Below are positions 37,573 through 47,517 of a DNA stretch of 64,000 bases, piece by piece. How positions within the stretch are numbered: position 1 is the stretch's first letter; each line of letters opens with the position of its first letter. This stretch comes from a virus: positions 64,001 to 128,000 of IMG/VR virus record IMGVR_UViG_3300037245_001320; one strand, written 5' to 3'. The notes beneath the pieces are model-generated. The model searched no databases. It was not told where the DNA came from and saw only the letters and a program-made list of their open reading frames with translations. A program made the position numbers and the translations under genes.

Positions 37573-38604
37573 TTATTTCTCCTCTTTATTTTCTTCTTCT
37601 TTTATTTTGAACGTCCATCCCTTATGGGATTTCGCTCCTCCATGTAGGCATTTGTTTATGCTTTTATAACTTAAATTGTACTTTTTCGCAAAAGGCCTTT
37701 GCACTGTAAACTCTTCTGAAAAACCATCACTTAATCTCGTAGCAATGTAAGTTGTTTCATAAATGTTTTCTAAAGACACAATAGTCTTATCAGACAAAGT
37801 TAATACTTTAGGTAGATGTGAGAATACTTCTACAGCCCACCCAAAGGTACTTTCCTGTGCTCCTTTAACAATGTGATTCACTCCAGCTCGACTAATACCT
37901 GTTTTATCTGCGAAATCTGCTTGATCATTTGTCACATAAGTATAACCGTCATGCAATCGAATAAATTTATATATTTGTCCTGTTAAGTTCCCTCTTTTCG
38001 CGGACTCTGACAGATTATCAAAAGCAGGAATAAAATGACAAGTGTTTCGAGAGTACAGTTTCTTCCTTCCTGAGAGAATATCCTTATCTATGTGGTATGC
38101 TCCTCTGTGAGTTTTCCATTCATTGTAACCTTTTAATACTTTTATGTCCTCCCAAAAAGTATTAAAATTTGCCCATCTTAAGGAAACTCCAACACCAATG
38201 TAAGAAGGAGTACGCTCTTCTCTCTGTGGTCCATAACATCTTTCGAACATTCCTCTCCAAGTAAGATACTCCTGTGTGTCCTTTCTCTTGCCATCCACAT
38301 ATTCAGAACCTTTAGCATCTCCCAACCCTAAATATGTATTGTAAGGTGGTTTAGGGAAGTAAGGATTTTCCACTTTACCATCACTGATATTACTCATATT
38401 AGCTATAGTAAGAAAACCATTATCAAAAACACACAGAAATCTTAATCCTCCTGTGTTAGCTAATCTGCCCAAAATAGTTATATTGTCACAATGATTCGTG
38501 GGGAATCTTTTTCCTGTTGGGTACTGTTTGGAAGTATTAATCTGGTCTAACAGTACATCCTCTCTATTAATACTTTGTTTCATTGGTTCAATCACATCTG
38601 TCAT
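37573..38604 (-). CDS. HNH homing endonuclease with NUMOD-type C-terminal repeats
   Basis: Y.TW..M..RCY, W.NF..F..D, IDKD...YS..TC.F.P...N and I.KCL.G..KSHKGW.F motifs. Confidence 0.85.
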   Translation of the reverse strand: MTDVIEPMKQSINREDVLLDQINTSKQYPTGKRFPTNHCDNITILGRLANTGGLRFLCVFDNGFLTIANMSNISDGKVENPYFPKPPYNTYLGLGDAKGSEYVDGKRKDTQEYLTWRGMFERCYGPQREERTPSYIGVGVSLRWANFNTFWEDIKVLKGYNEWKTHRGAYHIDKDILSGRKKLYSRNTCHFIPAFDNLSESAKRGNLTGQIYKFIRLHDGYTYVTNDQADFADKTGISRAGVNHIVKGAQESTFGWAVEVFSHLPKVLTLSDKTIVSLENIYETTYIATRLSDGFSEEFTVQRPFAKKYNLSYKSINKCLHGGAKSHKGWTFKIKEEENKEEK

Positions 38605-38665
38605 TTCTTTAAATTCCTTCTTAACTAATATAAACCCTGAGACATATTATCCCCAAGTCTACATT

Positions 38666-38694
38666 AGTATAACACAGTTTGCAATCCTTGTCAA
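38666..38694 (-). promoter_or_regulatory. Sigma70-type promoter for the HNH gene
   Basis: TTGACA-17nt-TATACT with TG. Confidence 0.7.
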
Positions 38695-40475
38695 GCCCTT
38701 TTAGAATATTCATTCCATAAATAACTTAACATGTCCTCTTCTTCTGTATCAATTCCATCAATAGCTTTATCAGACATAGCTTTTTTATTATCTAATTTAG
38801 CTATTATGTACTTCTCAATTGTCTCTTCAGCAGGAAGGAATATAGATTGTACAATGTCAGACTCTTGTCCTATACGTCTTACACGGTCCTGTCCCTGTTG
38901 TACAATATGCGAGCTGAAGCCAGTCTCAAAGAAAATAACAGTATCTGATCTATGTAGAGTTATTCCTACAGAAGCAGCGACTAAATTTCCACAGAATATT
39001 CTAATACCTTTGTCATTTTGGAAGGATTGTACCGAAGCTTCTTTATCTTCATCTTTCATTCCTCCCACAAGGCAAACTGCCTTTTTACCATAGTGATTCA
39101 TCACTTGTTCTACCACTTTACGATGATGACAGAAGATAACATATCGTTTGTCAGGGTAGGTTTTTAGTAACCCATCAACATATTTAAAACAGTTTTTTAA
39201 CTTGCCATCTCTCGCTAAATCTAATAGTATTTTAAACTGAGCTCTTTTAGCTTGTTGCATCCTTGGAGAATCTTCATCTGTTTCATTCTGAGCAATCCAC
39301 TCTTGAAAATTATCTGTGGCTTGATCGTACGCTAATCTAAAGTCAGGTTCTAATTCTAGGGGTATTACCATTCTAGTTGTTTTAGGTAGTTCTTTTAAAA
39401 CTTCATCTTTTGTAACCCTGACCATGTAATCTTTTACTAACATGTAATTTAACTTATCTAAGTTCTTCCCTCCTGTTATCTTGATTGTATTGGCTTTATA
39501 TCCTGGCTCTGTTTTACAAAAGTAATCTATAAATGCATATCGATCATTAAACCTTTCTGGGTGTAACCAATGTAACCAGTTATAGATGTTTGACGGATTA
39601 TGAGGGATAGGTGTGCCTGACATTGGTATAATCGCTTGAACACCTTTCCACTTAATTCCTGTTTGCTTTTCCATCTCAGGAGATAATCCCATAAGAATCA
39701 TATCCATAGCTTGAACTCTCTTAGGGGGTTTTTTACATATTGTCTTTTTCCCTCTAACTATGTGAACCTCTTCCTCAGCTTTTAATTTATACTCAGGATA
39801 ATATTTAGATATGATAGTTGGTCCTGTATTATAACAGTGACATTCATCTACAGCTACATAAGAAGGTTTAAACTCTGTTAAAATATACTCTAAATGTTTC
39901 CATAACATTGCATTATTTATAATACATATATCATGATCTTTGTAGGTTAAATCTAATCCCTTAGGAAGAGATCGTACTACATGTATTGAATAGTTATCTT
40001 TGGGATCTAACCAAAGTTCACATTCTCTTTTAAGGTTTAGCTTCAATGTCGATGGACAGACAATAAGAACCTTCTTAAATTTGCCCTCTCTGATAGTAGA
40101 GGTCATTGTCAAACTTTTCCCACATCCCATATCGGAAGCCTCATACAACCTGTAATTATGGTGCTTTATTTTCCTAATATTATCTAGTTGATAATCTCGT
40201 GCAAGGTCTGTTACATTATCCAAAACAGTCTTCTTATATTCCATGGATAATGGAGGAGCAGGTTTAGTTGATTTCTTCTTCTCAACCTTCTTCTCTTCCT
40301 TAAAAACAAAACCCAACTGACCCAACAACTCTTCCGACCGAGGATTAACAGGGCAAGTCCACGCCCCAGAGAACTTCTTATCTTTATTATAATCAGGCAC
40401 CCAATCTCTTCCTGGAATCATCTTAATCTTAGAAACAATAGTATTCCAGAGGGGTTTGTTGTTAGGAATGTACAT
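38691..40475 (-). CDS. SNF2-family (HARP-like) helicase/ATPase
   Basis: DMGCGKS, IVCP, DECH, MSGTP, VIFCHH, GITL and Q..DR..RIGQ motifs; true start may be ATC at 40535. Confidence 0.9.
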   Translation of the reverse strand: MYIPNNKPLWNTIVSKIKMIPGRDWVPDYNKDKKFSGAWTCPVNPRSEELLGQLGFVFKEEKKVEKKKSTKPAPPLSMEYKKTVLDNVTDLARDYQLDNIRKIKHHNYRLYEASDMGCGKSLTMTSTIREGKFKKVLIVCPSTLKLNLKRECELWLDPKDNYSIHVVRSLPKGLDLTYKDHDICIINNAMLWKHLEYILTEFKPSYVAVDECHCYNTGPTIISKYYPEYKLKAEEEVHIVRGKKTICKKPPKRVQAMDMILMGLSPEMEKQTGIKWKGVQAIIPMSGTPIPHNPSNIYNWLHWLHPERFNDRYAFIDYFCKTEPGYKANTIKITGGKNLDKLNYMLVKDYMVRVTKDEVLKELPKTTRMVIPLELEPDFRLAYDQATDNFQEWIAQNETDEDSPRMQQAKRAQFKILLDLARDGKLKNCFKYVDGLLKTYPDKRYVIFCHHRKVVEQVMNHYGKKAVCLVGGMKDEDKEASVQSFQNDKGIRIFCGNLVAASVGITLHRSDTVIFFETGFSSHIVQQGQDRVRRIGQESDIVQSIFLPAEETIEKYIIAKLDNKKAMSDKAIDGIDTEEEDMLSYLWNEYSKRA

Positions 40476-40550
40476 AGATAGTTCATATTCATCTCCATGC
40501 CTTAAAGCTTTTAATACTTTTAACTGTTTAGCGATATACTACCTCCTTAT

Positions 40551-41009
40551 TCACACCCAATCTCCTCTTAAATAATCATAGAGCTTATCAACCCCTTTAC
40601 TAATTAACCAAACAGAAGGCAGGATAAAAGCCCACCAACCATTACTAAAAGGAACAATCCCTATATACCTAAGATAAACACCTAAGCCTATACCCCAATA
40701 GACAATGCTACCAAAATTATCATATCTCCTTTTTAACATCTAAACCTCCTCACACCATTCAACACCAACTAATAAACAAACTTCTTCTTTAGTTGGATGT
40801 CCCATCTGTACATGCATTCCATTCAAGTTAATAACCTGTCCTGGAGTAGTAACTGTGCCGTGTATCATCCCAGTAACCAAATCTTTACTCACTTTAATAT
40901 TAGCTCCATCATACTGTTTCATAATCATACCAACAGGCAGACGCTTCTTAGCATAATCCTCTTGTAATTTTTTAAAACTAAATTTATACTTCTTATCTTT
41001 CTGAAACAC
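40551..41009 (-). CDS. Two small ORFs (40551-40739 membrane peptide; 40740-41009 hypothetical)
   Basis: ORF track and SDs. Confidence 0.55.
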
Positions 41010-41585
41010 TATATCTCTCCTTTAATAATTCTTTCATCTGTGTATTTGTTAAATAAATATCATCATTCATATATTTTCTTAAAAATAATAATCTACCTGC
41101 ATATATTTTCTTAAAAATAATAATCTACCTGCATATCTAACAAACCTCTTTCTCTTATTTATTTGTTTTTTAGTTAAGACATGTTTAATAACATCAAAGC
41201 TTTGTGTATCCATATCCTTCATATCTTTTATTTCCTGTTTGGTCCAATCCTTTGCTTCAAATTGACAACTGTGCCAAAGGTGACTAACAGGAATATGGTA
41301 TTGACTTCCTATCTCTTCAATTTTACAAGTAGTGTACATACATAACAAGAAAGCAGAGGAGCAATTTAAACCTGATACATTTATTGTATATTCCTCAGGT
41401 TTTTTATTTATGATATCAGCCATAGCCACCATAGCAGAACCACTCCCACCCAATGAGGTAAGATACAAATACTTATGTCCTAACCCTTTTGAAAACTCAA
41501 AAAAGTCTGTTACTGCTTGTTTATCAAAATCTGTTACCATAAATAACTCGTCTTGTATTTTTAAATCTTCTTTTTTCTTTCCCAT
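40993..41585 (-). pseudogene. ClpP/crotonase-like protease with 3' end frameshifted by a 32-bp tandem duplication
   Basis: YLTSLGGS (cf. YINSPGGS), GLNCSSA and LWH motifs. Removing one repeat copy restores ...MNDDIYLTNTQMKELL. Confidence 0.65.
41068..41136. repeat. Perfect 32-bp tandem duplication
   Basis: CATATATTTTCTTAAAAATAATAATCTACCTG x2 + CATAT. Confidence 0.95.
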
Positions 41586-41600
41586 ATATTATCTCTCCTC

Positions 41601-41930
41601 TTAATCTACATCTTTTAAAGCTTGTACTAAGCATTCATTAAAACTAGCTCCACCATTATAGAACTTTGTCTCAAATTGAATTACATCTCGACTATCCCTA
41701 GAGGCTTCAATAATATCTTCATCAGGATTACACTCCTCTTTGTCTATTGAATAAAACTCGCCATAGTAATAAACTAATGTTTCATCAGAGTTGCACCAGA
41801 TATCTCGATCTATACTGAATCCTTCCATGTCGTAGTCTTCTTTTAGTTTAAGAACCATATCTGCAAATGCTAGATCTTCATCAAACCCAATTCTATATAG
41901 TTCTCCTCTCCAATGTTCTGTGTTGCTCAT
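41601..41930 (-). CDS. Hypothetical protein
   Basis: AGGAGG SD; FYNGG motif common in phage small proteins. Confidence 0.6.
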   Translation of the reverse strand: MSNTEHWRGELYRIGFDEDLAFADMVLKLKEDYDMEGFSIDRDIWCNSDETLVYYYGEFYSIDKEECNPDEDIIEASRDSRDVIQFETKFYNGGASFNECLVQALKDVD

Positions 41931-41945
41931 AAATCCTCCTGTGCC

Positions 41946-42368
41946 TTACTTAAATCCATTTGAATCCTCCTTAAAATTTCCATTTATTACTCTTGCTGTT
42001 CTCATCAAGTCATTTTCTATATAAGCTATTCCACCATTCTCCCTTACCATTTTAACAACTGCTTTTAAACTTCTTAGTTGTCCATCAGAAAAACCTTCAG
42101 GAATTACATGTAAGATAGTTATTTTATTCATAGTTTTCACAGAGTCAATTACTTCTGCAACAGAGTAAACACCTTGCATCTCTTTAGTTAATATATACAA
42201 ATGAACATTACATAAATTCCTTTTCTCATTATCCTCAACAGCTATACAATCCTCTGTCCAATCTTCTACTACTGGATCAAAGTAATTTACTTGTATGAAT
42301 CCTGTCAACTTTTCTCTCCATGTTGTATCAGCACATGTACCACCTAAAAATACTTTATTTGTCATCAT
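41946..42368 (-). CDS. Nucleoside 2-deoxyribosyltransferase-like protein
   Basis: KVFLGGTC..T.WR, YFDPVV.DW and GVYSVAE motifs; start probably at the MM after AAGGAG. Confidence 0.8.
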   Translation of the reverse strand: MMTNKVFLGGTCADTTWREKLTGFIQVNYFDPVVEDWTEDCIAVEDNEKRNLCNVHLYILTKEMQGVYSVAEVIDSVKTMNKITILHVIPEGFSDGQLRSLKAVVKMVRENGGIAYIENDLMRTARVINGNFKEDSNGFK

Positions 42369-42836
42369 TTTCTCCTTCTTCTGGTATACCAAACTTAATT
42401 ACTTCCATATCATCTATAAAGGCATCAATATCAGAGTACACCCCAACAAGCCAATTATAATCCCGACCTTCTCTTATACTCATTAAATGCTTTTCAGCTT
42501 TTAACAACCTTTTATACTCTTCTGTTTTTAATAATGTGTATTCATCTAACATCATTTCTTCTTTAGTTACCATTGTAGTGCCTCCTTATAACTTATTATG
42601 TACCTTGGATGAGTAGTAGAGTAAACCATTGTGTCACTCACTTCTCCAAATGCTAAAGCATAACAGGTGAACTCTTTATGTGTATCCCATGCTGTATTAT
42701 TCAAATAAGATATACCATTACACCAAGTCCTCCCTTTAGAATGTACCCACGACAATAATGTGTTTGCTTCTTGCTGAGTACGACAATGAACTACAATCCT
42801 ATTATCCTCTAGTATAATGTCTTTAAACTTAATCAT
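42355..42836 (-). CDS. Two small hypothetical ORFs (42355-42573, 42567-42836)
   Basis: Overlapping stop/start codons and SDs. Confidence 0.55.
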
Positions 42837-43468
42837 TGCTCCTCCATAACAAACGTTTCTTTATCCATAACTGATACTTTTGAGTTACCTGTAACACCCC
42901 TCGAAACAGAAAAGATTCTATTAGCTGTATTTTTAATCTCTTTAGAATGAGTTACAACAATAAACTGGATACCTAAGTTTTCCGATATTGTTTGGACCAA
43001 CTGACAAGCTTTTTCTATCTGCTCGTCCCCGATCGCTTTGAAGACCTCATCTAATATGAAAATTGGGGTTGGGTTTTTAGTCAAGGTTAATAAAGCAACT
43101 CGTAAAGCTAAAGAAGCTATAGCCATTGCACCTCCACCAGAACTAGCCCTAAATGATTCTTCAATTCCGCTCTTATACAGTACAGGTGTTGCAGTAATAT
43201 TATTGTTCTTAGATTCAATCTTCATCTTAAACTCATACTCATCTCCGAAGACCGTCTGGATGGCAACCGATACAATATCATTAAACTTACTAGCTAACTT
43301 GTCTGTTGCTTCATTAGCTAATAACTGTGCAATCATAGTAGCTTCCTTTAAGTCTAACATTGTTTCATCTAATACCAGAACAGAGTTTTTCTTCTTTTCT
43401 AATGATTCAAGTAATGTGTGTTGCTTCCCTTTTCTTTGATTTAACTTATCCCTAAAATGATTTATCAT
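42833..43468 (-). CDS. Rad50/SbcC C-terminal half (ABC signature, Walker B)
   Basis: SSGGG..IASLALR, ILDE and Q.IVVTH motifs. Confidence 0.85.
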   Translation of the reverse strand: MINHFRDKLNQRKGKQHTLLESLEKKKNSVLVLDETMLDLKEATMIAQLLANEATDKLASKFNDIVSVAIQTVFGDEYEFKMKIESKNNNITATPVLYKSGIEESFRASSGGGAMAIASLALRVALLTLTKNPTPIFILDEVFKAIGDEQIEKACQLVQTISENLGIQFIVVTHSKEIKNTANRIFSVSRGVTGNSKVSVMDKETFVMEEQ

Positions 43469-44204
43469 TTCCTAATTTCCTCCTTGCTATTTCATAAGCT
43501 TTCAATCCAATATCACAACCTATGAAATCTCTATTTAATTCTTTACACACTTCACCTGTTGTGCATGATCCCATATAGAAATCTCCGACTAAGTCTCCTT
43601 CATTAGAAGATGCTTTTACAATTCTCCTTAATAAAGATAAAGGCTTCTGTGTGTTATACTCTCTTTTATTATGTAATGAGAAGTTACAATCGTCCCATAC
43701 ATTAGTTGGTATCTTTCCTCTCTTATATTTCTCAGGAGAGATTAACTGCCTCTTAGTCGTATTTAAATTAACCACAGATTTGTAAGGAACTCTTATGTCT
43801 TCTGTATTAAACACGAAGTCTTTAGATTTAGAATAAACTAATATCTGATCGTGCTTTTTAGAGAAATGTTTCTTATCTATTCCACCAACATTGTAACTCC
43901 AAATGATATAGTTAAGGAAGTTGTTGTACCCAAACACATCATCCATAATACATCTTATCCAATGAGAAATTCTATAATCCATCTGAAGATAGATAGTGCC
44001 TGTTTCAGATAGTACTCGATGCATCTCTTTAATCCTTGGAACATAATGCTGGTATATGACTTCCTTATCAGGTTTTAAATCCTGAAAGTCTCTGAACTTC
44101 TTGCCAGTACCATATAAGCAATCGCAATATATTAGTTGAATATGATTAGCAGGGAGATCATTTAACAATTCAAGATTATCTTTATTGTATAATTCTAACA
44201 TCAT
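43452..44204 (-). CDS. N6-A/N4-C DNA methyltransferase, beta class, with atypical DCLY motif
   Basis: LIYCDCLY in place of DPPY, TQKP..LL.RI..ASSNEGD.V.DF..GS.TT. Confidence 0.85.
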   Translation of the reverse strand: MMLELYNKDNLELLNDLPANHIQLIYCDCLYGTGKKFRDFQDLKPDKEVIYQHYVPRIKEMHRVLSETGTIYLQMDYRISHWIRCIMDDVFGYNNFLNYIIWSYNVGGIDKKHFSKKHDQILVYSKSKDFVFNTEDIRVPYKSVVNLNTTKRQLISPEKYKRGKIPTNVWDDCNFSLHNKREYNTQKPLSLLRRIVKASSNEGDLVGDFYMGSCTTGEVCKELNRDFIGCDIGLKAYEIARRKLGNDKSF

Positions 44205-44443
44205 ACATCAAACTCTTCTCTGTAAGCCTCACATTTACCTTCGTATTCTTTTTTCTGTTTCTCTTCCGAAGCTTCCTCACTAGTTATTTTAGCTTGTAAT
44301 GCTTTTCCATCTGGTATTGAATAAGTAGTCTTCATCTCTTTAATAAGATTCTCCATATTTGTTTCGGCTTTTATTCTCGCTTCCTTCTGTGAATCTACCT
44401 TGTTTTTCTCTTGAACTAATTCCTCTTTTGTAAACACTTCCAT
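44201..44443 (-). CDS. Small coiled-coil protein in the SbcCD cluster
   Basis: Heptad pattern; AAGGAG SD. Confidence 0.55.
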   Translation of the reverse strand: MEVFTKEELVQEKNKVDSQKEARIKAETNMENLIKEMKTTYSIPDGKALQAKITSEEASEEKQKKEYEGKCEAYREEFDV

Positions 44444-44454
44444 ATACTATCTCC

Positions 44455-45393
44455 TTACCCTTTCTCATTATGCATTTCTGCTTCACATATAGCTATATAT
44501 TTATCTAGAATAGCTTGTGTGTTCTCTCTTGCTTCATTACTAATAAAATAATTATCAGTATCCTCTTTAAAATTACCTGAGTACTCTTGATCTGTAGGTA
44601 TGTTATCTGCCCACTCTTGCATTCTTTTCACATCTGCGTATGCTTTTTCTGTATGCTCTGTTGTTATACACTCAGATGATTCCTTTATCTTTAAATAAAT
44701 TGGAGTAAACTTCTCACCATCAAATCTGTGTATACACGGCATATGCTTGATTTGCTTTGTTGTTCTTCGAGTTATTGATCCAGGCGATAAATATTTATCA
44801 TTAACAGTAAACGTACTGTGATTATCACCAACAATGATAGCATCAAACTCAGGGAACTCTTTCACAATATCCTCAGCAACCGAAGCATCTCCTTTCACAT
44901 AGAACGGAACCTTCTTTGCATAACTAAGAAAATGCCCAATTGCAATGTTTTTCTTTGTTTTATCTACATCTCTGTGTTCAAGAGTTTTACCTGCTCCAAA
45001 GTTAAATCCATAAATAACATAATCTCCCCATTCAAATGGTTCAGCATCTGTTAAATAAGTTAATCCTTTAGTTCTAATCATAGTACCTAAAGATCCTTTA
45101 GCTATAGCAACATCCAACTGCTGTGAAAAATCTCGAAGCTCGTGGTTTCCAGCTATAAAGATTGTGTTCTTAGGTAAACAATCTGCATACATATTTGTTA
45201 TTATCTGAGCTCCTAATGGCTTACCTACGTCAATCTGATCTCCAGCTAAGATGAATAAATCATCTCCAACTATCTCTTTTATCTGTAGTAACTTTCCTCG
45301 TTGAACTAAATACCATTCCTCTGGCGTTTCTGTTCTACACTCGGGAACGGTAATGGTTATGTGAAAATCACTACCTGTATAAATATTCTTCAT
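44455..45393 (-). CDS. Mre11/SbcD-like nuclease
   Basis: DFH, AGD..D, GNHE, GH, GDNH and SPGS motifs. Confidence 0.88.
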   Translation of the reverse strand: MKNIYTGSDFHITITVPECRTETPEEWYLVQRGKLLQIKEIVGDDLFILAGDQIDVGKPLGAQIITNMYADCLPKNTIFIAGNHELRDFSQQLDVAIAKGSLGTMIRTKGLTYLTDAEPFEWGDYVIYGFNFGAGKTLEHRDVDKTKKNIAIGHFLSYAKKVPFYVKGDASVAEDIVKEFPEFDAIIVGDNHSTFTVNDKYLSPGSITRRTTKQIKHMPCIHRFDGEKFTPIYLKIKESSECITTEHTEKAYADVKRMQEWADNIPTDQEYSGNFKEDTDNYFISNEARENTQAILDKYIAICEAEMHNEKG

Positions 45394-45402
45394 CTATCCT
45401 CC

Positions 45403-46809
45403 TCATAATGGTTTATTACAGAAAGGGCATTCTTGTCCAATCAGCTTTTTTTCAGATTCTGTTATGTTAAGATCTAACTTCTTAATTGTTGTTGAGAGCT
45501 CTCTGACAGCTTGTAAATCTTTTTTCATACCTTTTATCAACAATCTTGTTTCAGCCAGTCTGTGCTCATCCTCGATCAACTCAGCTAGTAATCGAGCTTG
45601 TTTATCTGATGCAAAACTCTTTATCTCTCTGTTAACTTCAACTAAGTTATTTAAATCTTTTTTCATAGTTGTTACCAAATTGGTCGTGTTGCTTAATTTC
45701 TCTTCTAGGTTCATCAACTCTGAAATTCTTTTTTCTTTAGCTTCGAGTACTTCATGTTTATCTAGAGTATCTTGTACATACCCTATTTCCCTTTTCAGAT
45801 CCTTTAAAGAAAGAATATATTTAGCTCTACTATCAATTACTTCTTGTAGTGTTTTCAATTCTTGTAAGTTAGTTGATCTTTCATCAAGGTTAGTATATTT
45901 ACTTAGTTCCTCTGTAACATAAATGTAATCATCGTATATACTTTCAAGTAACCGTAATTGCTTAGTAGTCTCCTCAAGAGTATCACATAGTATATTTAAT
46001 TCCTTTAATGCTTTCTCTTGTTTTGGTGTAGAGTCAGATTTACTTAATTCTAGTTCTAATTGTAAGAGAAGTGTTTGCTTTTCCTTTAAATCTTTTAAAG
46101 ATTCTTGAGTAGTATTTAGTTTGTCATGAAGATTACTTAACCTATCTAGTTGCTCTTCCATCTCTTTTAAATTATTATACTCTTCCAAATCATCTTCTAA
46201 TTCAACTATATCCTCTTTAACTACCTTTAGTCTAGCTGTAACCGATTTACTCTCTGCTTTTATTTTAGTTAATACATTACTGGCTAGTGTCATATCAGCA
46301 TATTTGTTTAGTTCCTTAGCTATCTTCCCTGGGGTCTGTAGAATCATAAAGTGTCCATCTAATTGGTTACTATAATTTAATGATTTAAAATCAAATAAAT
46401 CCAAGACTTCCTCAGGCACACTATTTCCTGGGGCTGTTAAAGGTTGTTCTCTCCCATCTGGATGTGTTATTAAATACTTAGTTGTAATCTTAGATTCAAA
46501 CTTTCCTTTAGTCTTCCTTAGGAGGGTTGTATCGTTAAATTCAATCTCAACATAAGTCTGGTCCAATAATGTCTTGACACCCTTCTTTGTTTTTCCAACT
46601 ATATTATGAGAGTGCACGCCAAACCCATATTTATTATCTCCACCTAGACTATCAGAATACACCCACTCAATACTTTTACATAGGAGAGTGGACTTGCCTG
46701 AATCCGATGGTCCAATAGCAGCATTAACCCCTTCATGTAAATCAATTACTGTATGAGGATGTTGTTGGAAGTTATGGAGAGTTAGTTTAGTTAATTTTCT
46801 GTTTTTCAT
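45403..46809 (-). CDS. Rad50/SbcC N-terminal half (Walker A, coiled coil, zinc hook)
   Basis: L.NFQ.H, GPSDSGKS, Q-loop, long coiled coil and terminal CPFC. Confidence 0.88.
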   Translation of the reverse strand: MKNRKLTKLTLHNFQQHPHTVIDLHEGVNAAIGPSDSGKSTLLCKSIEWVYSDSLGGDNKYGFGVHSHNIVGKTKKGVKTLLDQTYVEIEFNDTTLLRKTKGKFESKITTKYLITHPDGREQPLTAPGNSVPEEVLDLFDFKSLNYSNQLDGHFMILQTPGKIAKELNKYADMTLASNVLTKIKAESKSVTARLKVVKEDIVELEDDLEEYNNLKEMEEQLDRLSNLHDKLNTTQESLKDLKEKQTLLLQLELELSKSDSTPKQEKALKELNILCDTLEETTKQLRLLESIYDDYIYVTEELSKYTNLDERSTNLQELKTLQEVIDSRAKYILSLKDLKREIGYVQDTLDKHEVLEAKEKRISELMNLEEKLSNTTNLVTTMKKDLNNLVEVNREIKSFASDKQARLLAELIEDEHRLAETRLLIKGMKKDLQAVRELSTTIKKLDLNITESEKKLIGQECPFCNKPL

Positions 46810-47517
46810 TTATTCTCCTTCAGTACCTCTGATGCTTCTTTTATAATTCTTATAGCTTCTAAATGATCCTCAGAAGTAGGGATATTTCTATACATAACTT
46901 TAACACATTCATCACAAATAAAGATAGTTCCCTGTTTACTTCTATGACCACTAAAACAATTAGAGTATTCTTCATTTTTCACTATTGATTCATTACAACA
47001 AGAACAACAAGCGCCTCTTTTAGTTTGTCTGTATTCAAAGTTGAATCTCATGATACTACTCCCAACACAATCTGTAGTTCCTTACTCAGAGATAGTAGTT
47101 TATTTTTTACCTGTTCTCGTAAATCATCTTGAATAGATTCCTCTGCACTCCTTACTAAGGGAATAGATCCAAATAATAAGTTAAACTCATAACCATCAGT
47201 CTCCATAATATAAGCTTCATCTTCGTAACCTCTGTCAATCAACTCATCATTTAAATCCTGTATAAGGGTAATAGCTCTTGTTAAATCTTGCTTCATCCTC
47301 TCAATCCCTCCATATATTCTAATAAGTTTTCCAACCATTCTTTTGCTTGCTTAGAATCTTCTCCATATAAATCTCTCATCATTTTGTAGCTGTTTAAAAG
47401 AACCACACCTGCATCTAACATTTTGTCCACTTCGATTTGTTCATATACTGTGAGGACATCTAACCATAAATGCATGTCCTCGTCTACATCCCATACTGTT
47501 AATTTACTTCTTGTCAT
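46806..47517 (-). CDS. Three small hypothetical ORFs (46806-47051 CxxC; 47048-~47296; 47293-47517)
   Basis: ATGA-type overlaps. Confidence 0.55.

Noticed and set aside
37573-38604. Group I intron or intein hosting the HNH genes
   Set aside because: Flanking genes are complete on each side and the nucleases have their own promoters, so they are free-standing. No intein C/S...HN termini were seen in the helicases or RecA.
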